A stretch of 64,000 nucleotides of DNA from Antedon mediterranea (lineage: Eukaryota > Animalia > Echinodermata): NCBI RefSeq assembly GCF_964355755.1, contig NC_092677.1, positions 11,182,101 to 11,246,100 of the forward strand, given 5' to 3'. Shown here in pieces: positions 26,508 through 38,700 of this stretch. The position numbers were made by a program, and so were the translations under genes. The notes beneath the pieces are model-generated. The model made no database searches and had not been told where the DNA came from. It saw nothing but the letters and a program-made list of their open reading frames with translations. Position 1 is the first letter of the stretch, and each line of letters begins with the position of its first letter.

Positions 26508-26629
26508 TTTTTAGTCGCGTGCAACGCGACTCTACAGCTCACTATGCTGGTCGGTTGTCGGTCGGTCGGTTGGTCGGTCGGTAAACACTAACTTGATCAC
26601 ACGACTGCAGCCATCTATATGGCCTTGTT
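26508..26629 (+). mobile_element. Short (~120 bp) deletion derivative of Helentron-like family H1
   Basis: TTTTTAGTCGCGTGCAACGCGACT...(GTCG)n...CACACGACTGCAGCCATCTATATGGCCTTGTT; inverted relative to 22831-23427. Confidence 0.75.
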
Positions 26630-26747
26630 ATTAATAATATTATTACGGTATATTTTTCAACATTATCACGGGTGCTTGAAGTGTTTCTCTATTTCTGTTT
26701 ATTCAAATTATACGTTAAGTTATTTAATTGCAGATTAATATATTATA

Positions 26748-29700
26748 ATGAGTGGTGCCCGTCCTAAAGATCCAGGAAGACATCCTCTTCACTACAACAG
26801 TGCCAGAACTCGACGAATAGGCCTACATACACATAGGCGCCAGGATCATTGCTTTGGAAGATATGACACATCTAAAGATGATACTCAACAATTACCGTAT
26901 TTGAATGTCGGTCAACAAATAGAAAGACCCAACCACCGGGATGAATATAGGAGAAGAAAAGGAAATTTGAAACATACTCGAAACATAAGAGGAAGAGGCA
27001 GAGGAAATTTGAAACATATGCATGGGTATGATCTGACTATATTCTATATTACATAGCTTAAATTAAATACGTGAACGTGATTGGTTGAAACTGGATCACA
27101 TGACTCGGCGCTCCGGGGATCGTAATCCGTATTATTGATGTGTTTATTTCGCGTGATTTTTGTGTCCCTGTCATTAAACATATAAAATCCAGCAAATACG
27201 GAGGAGTTTGATATTGACTGTGTAATTTTCGAGTGAGAACTCGCGTCTACCGTCAAATAAATAAAAGTCATCTACTCAAGATCTAACCCACATCATCACG
27301 TGACAACGTTTTACACGCCGCGCGCTACGTAATATCGGAGCCCATATCAGGCGCTGTAAACTATGCATAGATAGCGCCCTCATTGTGTTATTCACCCTCT
27401 ATAATATATGTGACAAAAGACCGCTTGTGATTGGTCAATGCTCAGCTCATAATACACTGTCATGTAGTTCGCTGGTACGCGCGGCGCGCTGAACATCCGG
27501 TTGGTGATTCGGCTCGAATAGTCAGCAGGCGGCTTAACAACAAAAGATGAGGAAATCGTTACACAGTGGACAAAAGCGCCAAATTTGGCATGGAGCTTCG
27601 TTGGGACCTACCAATTGATTTTTGCCTAGGAGCCACTCTGGTCGTAATTTATTTTTCAAGATGGCGGCCAAAATTCAAAATGGCCGCCAATAAATTGGAA
27701 AATCACATTTCATTTGTTGCAGAAGTCGCATATAGGCAAATGAACTATCAAAACATAAGTATTCATGGTCATTGAAACATATTTTAGACATTTTGCATGA
27801 CATGGGTCATTCGTTGTTAAGATAGTGGCCAAAATCCAACATGGCTGCCAGTAGCCTAAACTGGAATATCATTCAGGTTGCAGAAATCGCATATAGGTAT
27901 CAAACGAAGTTGGAAAACATGGAGTAGGCCTAATCATGGTCATTGAAACATATTTTAGACATGGTACATAATATAGGTCACTCGTTGCAAAGATGGTGGG
28001 AAAAATCCAAAATGGCTGCCAGTAAACTAGGAAATCACATACAGTATCTGTGGACGGCAGAAGTAAATGTAAATGAAGTAACTGTAGTTAATGGTAGAGG
28101 TGCTATGTAAATTACAAGTAACTGTAAAAAAAATCGATAAAAAAAAGTTATAACCAGTTCAGTTTCTGAAACCACATAAAATGTGGTATTTTTGGAAAAT
28201 AAAGATTGAGGGCGCTGTTCACATAAGTAAAAGTACACTTTTTTACCTGTAACTAACTAAGTTTTTGTCAGAATATTTTTTAAATGGTCTTATTTGATAC
28301 ATAATTACATTTTCTTTATATTAAAAAAAAAAAAATTTACATTAAATATCCATAGTTCAGATAAATTTACGTTAAGTGCCTAAAATCAGCAAATATAACA
28401 CATTTTAATACATAACAAATACTATTGGATATTAAGAAATTACAAATTTAGTTATCATAATTAGGATTCTTTTACATTTTTATAGAAACTGTTTTATTAT
28501 AAAACATATAAATATATATTTTTCTAACAATTTCTCATAAAAAAACTTTTACGACCACTAGTTTTCGAGATATTGAAATGTGTACTACCAGTACAGGTCA
28601 AAGGTCAATAACAAGAATCTGGGTCATTTTCTTGGAAAAGTTTGTATTAGACTGAATAGAAACATCCATCTTCTGATTAATTTGAGACCTATTTAAAGTT
28701 TGTCCAACTTTTAGTTACCAAGTTATATGACATGTAGGTCAAAGGTCAAAAATACCAAAAATCATACTTCCGGCCATTTGTTGACAAATGTTTCCATTAG
28801 GACGAATATTAATATGCATCTTCCAAAGAATTTGACACTAAAATTATTTAATTTAATGTAAGCTTTGCGGAGATATGGTTATTTTGTTTTCAATTGGATT
28901 AAAATATTCAAATTGAGGTCAAAGGTCAAGGAAAAACTTTAGAAATTTGATAACATGGGTTTTTATATTCTAGCATGGTTAAACAATTCATAAAATGCAA
29001 TGCTTGCACTTTCCTTCTGATTTGCAGACTAAATTACATTAGGAATGGACTATTTGTGACTTTGTATACGATTACATGTATTTCAATATCAATGGCTACC
29101 ATTTTTATTTTTGGGCGCCATTTTGGAACTCACTTTATATAATATTTCCTGAATCGGTTTTACTGACCTCAGAAATTCTTGATTCAGTACATTATTTGTC
29201 TATTTGTAACTTGTACAGCCAGAGATATATGATATGGCAAAAATCAATTAGTACGTCTAAAAGAAGCCTCATGCCAAATCTGCAGCTCCGGGTGTCACGA
29301 AACCTAAGACCACGAAAGCTCAGACCCCCTAAGACCTAAGATCACGAAAGCTAAGACCCAACACCTAAGATTACAAATACTAAGATGTACTACAGCTTAA
29401 AAACAATACTTGTTTATCCATACATAATTTTAAACACAGTAGGTTTCATTTATTACCATAAATATAATTTAATACTACCGCAAAACATAGATAAACTCAC
29501 ATTATTTTCGCCCGTTGAGTAAATGTATATTTTTTCTTTACAACAAACAAACTTGACGGGTTGTTTGTTGGTATATATTTACTCCATTGTGTTGGTTCAG
29601 AGGATGTTTTTCTTACGCACCTGCCTTTCTTGTATTTTGACTCCAAATTTGTTGACTAACTTTATCCTGAACACCACACTTTAAAATTAGGACTTATAAG

Positions 29701-32700
29701 TACTTTCAGAAGGAGAAACACATAATAACAAATAAATAAATCCTTTAAATTGATGATTTTACAGATGTGTTTCTTTGTATACTGTAATGTAACTCCTCGA
29801 GCTCCCCATGCTCAATGTTTTTGTTTCTATGGAGCGCCAAAAGAGCAACAATAATAGTACAAGTATAAAAACAGAAAGAAAACGAAACAAAAAAACTTAT
29901 CATGATTTTTAAATTAAAATTTATTTGCCAGTATTTATTTCTTCGTACTTGCATGATTATACTATTATCATTACAATTTTAATTTTACATTGTTCCATCC
30001 ACACTGTAGATGGACTCCACAGAGTTTTCAGCCCTCTATATAATTTTTGCTCCTTTGACGTTCCATAGAAACAAAAACATTGAACATGGCCCATTGGGGT
30101 AGGCCTACTGTACTGTAGGTAGTCATTTTGTGTGCGAGAAAAACGTCTGTAAAATCATCAATTTAAAAATGTATTTGTTACTTTTTATGTGATTCTTTTT
30201 CATGAAAGTGCCAATTCTAAGGTGTGGTATTCAGAATAAATGTTGGGAGTTAAAATACAAGGCAGGTGCGAAAGATAAATATTTGTAATCTTAGGTCTTG
30301 GGTCTTAGCTTTCGTGATCTTAGGTCTTAGGGGGTCTTCGCTTTCGTGGTCTTAGGTTTCGTGACACCCGCTTTTGTCCACCGTCGTGTAACGTTTTAGT
30401 CGCTAAGCCAGTACCTGACTAGAAGAAGAAGACGGAGTAGGCCTATTATTAATATATTTATTAATATAAAGTATCGAATTATTCTTCTGTTAATGTACAA
30501 GGCCTAGCCTAAGTGAATTTTATTGCAAAGGAATCATTATTTAGTAATGATTTGCCTGAATTCTTCGCCTAGGCAGTCTTATTTACATATCAATCCTACA
30601 CGCCATGGGTAGGCCAGTATGCTAGCTAGGTAGGCCTAGCCGACCCAGCTGGCAATAGAGAGTTTACGAAACACGACGGAGAGGGACGACGACAGATTAC
30701 CAGTGCGCGCTGATGCGTGAAATGCTGGTTGTCGTCCACTTTAAAAAGTTATAAATATCGGTGAAATATTTGCGATTCTGGTAAACTGTATTCCCTCGGG
30801 CAAAATATCATTCCCTCGGCAGGCCCGTATCCAGGGGGGGTGCGTTGGGTGCAGACGCACCCCCCCCCCCCAAGTCCCAAAAGGTCCACTATTTCCTCGG
30901 TTGGTATTTTTTCTTGTCTTGTTTAACTAAAGACAATATCATTATATATATACAAAATTTACATTATCAATGGTATACAAACAAAAATATGCTAATATAA
31001 AATGAAAAAATACCGGTAATTAAATTACGGAATCTGAACTGACTACAAACTCGATGTAAAACATGCACAGTCGATCATGTGACGACAAGCAATAGCTTAG
31101 CGCTTCATGTACGCGGTACGCGGTAAAGTGTTTGCTGGAGAAATACAACTTAACGTCAGGGAACACGTGTACTTTTTGTCGGGGAACATAATATAGGCCT
31201 ACAGTAAAAAGCGTTCGCGTTCACTTCGTAGCTAGCTTCAGCGCCTAGAAAACCGCGACGTTTCATTGACCGTGAGAGTACGTCAGAGTGATAATTATGC
31301 ACTTTATATGCATTCATTATTGCCAGCGATCTAACTTACTACTAAACAATAGCTAGGTACGCACTTGTCTGGCGGTATCCCTTTGTACGAATCGTTCAAC
31401 GTTGGGTCGAGACGCGTGATATCAAGTTTCATCCAGGGACCAAAATGTGTAATGTGTTATTTTCCAGGCGAAGTTTACCGACGGTTACGTCGTGTACTGC
31501 GTCGACGTACGCTACACTACAGCAAAAACGAATTATGTTAATTGTTCGTTTGTTCACCAATTTTTTAATTTACAAGTAACCTTCTGTACCGTGGGGCACC
31601 TAAAATAAATTTTTCATCCATTACTAAACAAAAAAACATGCCATTTTCGCTTAGCCAACATTATAGCTATAGTTATTACATTTTCAATATCCTGTATGTC
31701 ATGAATTTCTCACCACTCGGAAGTCCAGATGGTACGCATGCATACACCTGGGAGGAATAAACTTTTTTCACCGACTGAAAAAGGTCTACGCTTGCGTTTT
31801 TTAAGCCTCTAGGCCTGATGTTTCCAAAGTATAAAATGCAATTTTTTGAAGACCTGCAGCTCTAGTTTTAAACATTTGCTTAGCTCAGCCCCAACAATAA
31901 AGCTGGTCATATTTCGAAGAACAAGAAGTACATTTTCCGGGACCTAACATCTCTATTTTTCAAACATTTCTTAGCTCAGTCACAACCCATGATAGGGACT
32001 TATATATTTTTTTTCATGTTTTGAAGTATAATAAGTCCAATTTCCGGGACCTCCAACTCTATTTTTCAAAATTTTCTTTGAACTTTTATTTTTTAAATTG
32101 AAAAATATGGATTGAAACAGTCATCGCGCATCGTTTTTTTGCACGCAGTATTTTATTTGTGCATTATAAAAAATGGAAAAAATGGCTACCCTAAATCTGA
32201 TTAAAAAGGCCTCAAATGACGCTAGAACGCGTTGCTTCCGGGGGCTTCGCCGCCCACCGGGGGCCCTTGGCGGCCCCTGGCCCTCAGCCTAGTGATGCTC
32301 GCTTCGCTCGCATAGCCCCCTCGTCGGGGAATGTAGCCCCCGCGTCGGGAAGATCCTGGCGCCACCCCTGCTGAGTTGGCCTCATCATGAAAGCGTTAAG
32401 TTCTGGTGTCCATCGTTCAACTAGCCCAAGCCACAACAGAGAGTCTTACATCAGTCTTTAGAACGTCAAATAACGCAAATTTTTTCAGGGCCTTCGGCCT
32501 CTGGACCCTGGCCGGGGGCCCTTGGCGGCCCCCTGGCCCCCAGCCATTGTTGCTCGCTTCGCTCGCACCCCCCCATTATAAATGCTGCATACGGGCCTGC
32601 TCGGGGATGTCAAATCTTATAATTATATTCACCTCGTCGCGGGATATAGGCCTATGCATTATACTAACTAGGTCTACTTCGTTGGCGATAGGCATACTCT

Positions 32701-35700
32701 CACTTTCAGTGAAAATGCCATACCTTAATGTAGGTTAATTAGTTAAAATAATTTAGAGACCCGCACATTCGGTGTTTGTTCTGTGTGTTTGGGCCCATTT
32801 CCGTACTGTACCATACATTGATATTTGAGTTGCCGACATGAAATTATCTAGGCCTAATTTAATAATAAATATTACGTCTTTTATTCAGTTAAGAATTTTG
32901 ACAAAATAATTAAATTTTTTTCTGACACGTTGCTGAGAGCCGATTGTTGGGGAGGGGATATCACACTTTCCTTATTTTTCCACGGCAATTAAAGATGGTG
33001 GTGTGACGTCACTACAACATTCCAAACAAAATAGTGTTTAATTTAACACGTGCGTGTTACGTCTTATATTATAGGACTCATGTATGGTCAAATGGTTTTA
33101 ATAAAAAAGTCATCACCAAAAGAAGTCAAGCAGCAGCACGTAAGTAAACCTCTTTTAAAGCAAGCTGCGTTGCTCAAATCCAATAGAATGTTGGAATCTC
33201 TGACAACACACTTATAGTAATAGTCCCCACAATAATGCTGAAAAAGTACATGTAAAACCAGGGAAGAGTGAAATTACCTTCCCTGGTAAAACAGTGACTG
33301 GATGAGAAAATCTGCTCTGCTTGATATACAAGGCCCTACCATTCAAGGACTTCCATCATGGTCAAATCCAACTGAATAATTGTTCAAATCCGACTACGGG
33401 TATTATATTAGTTAATGTGAAATTAGATGATAGTATACATTGATTAAAATATTGTAATTCTTTTTATAGAGGAGTATCTGACAAGTATATTAGAAGTGAA
33501 ATCAAACAATGATATTGTGATGATTTTATCCGAGTCCCCCCATGCTGCTGAAGACATCACAGACTTGGTAAACGCAAAGAAACTGGGTGATGATGTTGTT
33601 GAGGTCTTGGTTCAAATTTACGTTAAAATATTCCAGTGTGGATTATCTGACAGCCGAAAGAAAATGATAGATATCATAAAATCTAGTAATTTCTCAAAGA
33701 AAGTTCTAATTTCATATGCCACAAATATAGGAGATATATTTGAGAAAAGTAATCCAAAGGAAAATGAAATGTGTATTAAACTTGTATGGAGTTTCCTACA
33801 AGGGATGATGCATTCTGGATATGAAGACATAAATGATTTAGCACTAATTACAACCATACTTGACATCCAAAGTAAAGAATTGTTTGAGAAACAGAAGTTG
33901 ACTCAAAATGCTCTCATTGATGTAGCGCGTTTTAAAAAAGAAGCAGACAAATACATATCGGATGTTAAGGAAGCAAAGAAGAAAAATAGGCAACGCGAAT
34001 CTGCTAAACGAGAAGGAATATCTGATTGCCCACCGCCTAATGACTATCGGGATATTCCGATATTGCCAACCACATATGATGTTCATTCTACAGAGCCTCC
34101 ATTCCTTCGTCCAAACATAAGCAAAGGAAGCTACGCAAGCCAGTACCATTATCTTGATGTACAATTCCGATTGTTACGTGAAGACTTCATTTGTCCATTG
34201 CGTGAAGGAATTCAAACACATCTCGATAATCTAGCAAATCCACTTCCACGCAACCAAAGGAAGAGAAACACGGATGTTCGCTTATACTATAATGTTAAGA
34301 TTATCAATCCAGTGTTTTCTCAGAGAGAGGAAGGAGTTCTTCATCGCGTACACTTTAGTCTTAATAATCTAAAAAACGTAAGTTGGGAAAACACAAAACG
34401 GTTGATTTTTGGTTCACTTGTCTGTTTATCTCATGACAATTTCCAAACGCTTTTATTTGGTACCGTTTGCACTAGAGAAGATTGTTACAAAGGTCGTGTT
34501 GACATTAAATTCTATGCACTGCCTAATATGGAGATAGCACGCATCTATACTATGGTAGAGTCTACAGCATTTTTTGAGAATTATAGAGCTGTCTTGCAAG
34601 TTCTCCAACAGTTTGATGACGTCAACTGTATACCAATGGATAGGTATATCATACAAGCATCGCATGACATAAGACGACCGAAGTATCTTCTTAATAAAAC
34701 AACAATGAAGTACGACATTAGTCCTTTGGTAAAGGCTGACGTTCAGAAAAACTCGATTGATATTCTAGATGAAAATGCTTGGCCAGGAATTGACAAACTT
34801 GTACTTGATGAATCACAGATTAGTGCTGTAAAATCTGCCTTAACGGACGAACTAGCAGTTATTCAAGGACCACCAGGAACTGGGAAAACCTATATTGGTT
34901 TGAAGGTTGTTGAAACTTTGCTTATTAACAAAAACAAATGGGCCATGAATGGGCTGGCCAAAGACAGTGGTAGTGGTACTAATTCTATAATGGTGATATG
35001 TTATACAAATCATGCATTAGACCAGTTTCTTGAAGGTATACTGCCATTTTGTGATAGTTTAGTGAGAATTGGCGGAAGGTCGAAAAGCAAAAAACTTGAA
35101 CAATTTAATTTGAAGGAATTAGTAAAGACCGGGATCAAAAAGACTAGAAGAAACTTCCGAAGAATAAACGAACTTGCAGATTTTGTTAGCAGACAGATGA
35201 TAAAAGATGAAGAAATGATTAAACTTTGCGACAAATACATTGTGAGTGAATTTACTTTAGAAGATACCATAGATGTTCGACATCTGGAATGTTTGAGAGA
35301 TTCTAGAGAGGAATATGGAGTGGATGGAAATCGCTCGGCTTTGCCTATGTGGTTAGGTTTGCTTTCTGTATCTGAAAATTACGTCAAAGATGATGTAATT
35401 ATTGATGACGACAAAAGGAATGATGATGAAAACCACAGGGGTAATGCTAATATCAAGATGTATGATGACGTCAAAACAAAAGAAGATTACAAATCTAAAA
35501 AAAATAAGATAATTGATGAACTTTCGTGTACAAAGCTTGCATATGATCCAAAAATGCAATGTAAAGACTCTCCTTTAGAAACGCATCGAGCGACAGTACG
35601 AAAACAATTGTCTATTGTTGATGACGAAATGTCAGAACATGAAGCAAGCAGAGTAAATATTCGCAAGTTATCCGTACATGACAGATGGCGTCTATACCGA

Positions 35701-38700
35701 TATTGGATAGGAAAATATAAATGCCAATTACGACAAAACTTGTTTGACCAACAGCACTCATATGATGAGATGTTGCGCAGTAGTGTTATGCAAAAAAATG
35801 AAAGTAAACTTAACATTCTGCAACGTATGAATGTAATAGGAATAACAACAACTGGTGCTGCTAGGAATAAAGAGTTACTAAATGAAATACGACCAAGAAT
35901 AGTTGTTGTTGAAGAGGCTGCGGAAATTTTAGAAGCACATGTTGTGACAAGCTTAACGAAACAATGCGAACAGCTTATTCTAATTGGAGACCATCAGCAA
36001 TTAAAGCCAAATCCTACAGTATACAAACTTGCCACCCAATTCAACCTTGACATATCGCTGTTTGAACGAATGCTTACTAATGGTGTTCCCTGTAAGAAAC
36101 TGTCGTCACAACACCGAATGCGACCAGAAATATCACAAATCATGAGGAAACACTTCTACAGTCATCTGCTCGACGACGAGTCAGTTAAACATTTTGATAA
36201 CATTCGAGGTGTGTCTCATAATATGTTCTTCATCAACCATGATATCCAAGAGGAGTCTATGGAAGATATATTAAGCAAGTCAAATATTCACGAAGCTGAG
36301 TATTGTGTGGCACTTGCTAAGTATTTATTTCATCAAGGTTACGATGCATCTAGTATCACCATTTTGACGACGTACACTGGTCAGGTACTCGACCTCAAAC
36401 GACTACTCATATGGGAATCGTATTGTCTTCGTGATATTTATGTAAGTTCCATAGATAATTATCAAGGTGAAGAAAACGAAATAATATTGCTGTCATTAGT
36501 ACGAAGCAATGAGGCTGGGAATATTGGGTTTTTAAAAGTTTCAAACAGAATGTGTGTGGCATTATCAAGAGCAAAAAAGGGTTTGTTCTGTATTGGAAAC
36601 TTTAAACTTCTAGCTGAAAAGAGTGATCTCTGGATGAAGATAGTTCAAGACATACAGTCATTAAATTGTATAGGAGAATATCTGGAGTTGTACTGCCATA
36701 ACCATCGTGATACAAAGGTTAAAGCATCTTCCGCTGAAGATTTTAAACAATGTCCAATGGGTGGATGCAAACGCAAGTGTGAAACTCGTTTAGAATGTGG
36801 TCATGTCTGCCAGTGGCTGTGTCATCCAGATTCAACTCATGAGAGATATGAATGTAAAGAGAATTGTGCAAGATTATGTGCAAATGGTCATGCTTGCCAT
36901 CGAAAGTGTTTTCAACAATGTCTTTTTTGTGAAGTCATGGTTAATCACATACTAGAATGTGAACATGAGGTTCAGACCAGGTGTTTCCTGTATGAATTTG
37001 CGGTAACATTTCCGATAGATTGTAATAAACCATGTAAACTGTTTCTAAAGTGTGGCCATAAATGTAAAAACATGTGCATTGAAAAATGTACATCAACATG
37101 TTTTGAAGTTGTCAGAAAAGAATTTTCTCCATGTGGTCACAAAACTAAAGTTCAGTGCTACATGGATTTCTGCCGTTTACCTTGTGAAAAAATGCTGGCC
37201 TGTGGGCATGAATGTAAAGAAAGATGTAGTGATGCCTGTACATTAAATTGCACTGAGTGTATAGAAAAAGAATTTGATTGTGGACATATAGTCAGAGTTC
37301 CCTGTTTTACACCGACCTGTCCATTGCCATGCGCACGAAGGACAGCATGTGGTCATACGTGTCCCAAAGTTTGCGGTGATTTATGCGAAAAAAGTATTTA
37401 CCAGATGGCGCTAAAATCAATAAGACGTAAGTACCTACAGAGAGACGTACCACCTGCATTTGGCCCCTGGTCGAAACAAACTAATTTAAAAGTAAAATGC
37501 AAAAAAACATCCAACCACCATCATGATGATGGAAAACATATTATTTGTAAAGAGAAATGTTCAAAATTGTTGCATTGTGGCCACAAGTGTAAACAAAAAT
37601 GTTACGAGATGTGTTCCAAAGATAATTGCACGCAAGTAGTAATAAAGAAACTTAGATGTGGACATGAGAAAGAGCTACTTTGTTATGAAGATCCTGAACA
37701 AATGTTTCGAAAGTGTGATGAGAATGTTACTAAAACTCTTCAATGTGGACATCAGAAAGAGCTACCATGTTATGTAGATCCTAAATACATTACGTATTTG
37801 GAGTTTGATCTAAGATGCAATGTGGAAGTTACTAAATTTTTTCAATGTGGACATGAACAAACAATACATTGTTGGAAATCTTCGGGGCTCTATAAAACTG
37901 ACTGTCCTGAAAATGTTGAGGAAACATTAGAATGTGGACACAAAATCAGACGAATTTGTTCAGAGAGCAAATTTTGCAACACAAAGTGCTCAAGATTTTT
38001 GCCATGCGGACATTATTGTAAAGAACTTTGTTCCCAGCCATGTACGGAACAGTGTAATGTGGGAGTAGAAAAGAAACTGAAGTGTGGACATATAAAGTCT
38101 GTTCCATGCTCTTTAGATGTGTCAGAGATAGTAACTAGTGGGGAGGCAGCATTTGCATTTAAACCGATATTTTTTGGTCGGGTAGTAGAACGTATACATA
38201 CAAAATATTGTACAAAGCGATGTTTAAGAACACTAACATGTGGCCATTCGTGCACAAACATTTGTGCAGCAAAATGTTGCAATGATAGTTGTCAACAACA
38301 ATGCAAAACAACTTTAATTTGTGGACACGTATGCCAAGGAAAATGTATAGATTGTAAAGACAACTTACATAAGGAATGTACAAAGTGTTGTAACAAGAAA
38401 CTTATCTGTGGTCATAATTGTCAACAATCATGTTCAATTATTCCTTGTCAACCCTGCAAAAAGCATTGTAAATCTGCTTGTTGGCACAAACGTTGTCAGC
38501 GTTACTGTTCCGATATTTGCGAACCATGTGAAGCTCCATGTAAATGGCAATGCATTCACTTAAAATGTACGAATTTGTGCAGTGAATTTTGTAATCGTAA
38601 GAGGTGCAACCAACCGTGCCGAGAGATTCTTGACTGTGGACATAGATGTTATGGCCTGTGTGGTGAACCGTGTCAAAGTGAATGTTTAGTATGTGATCCA

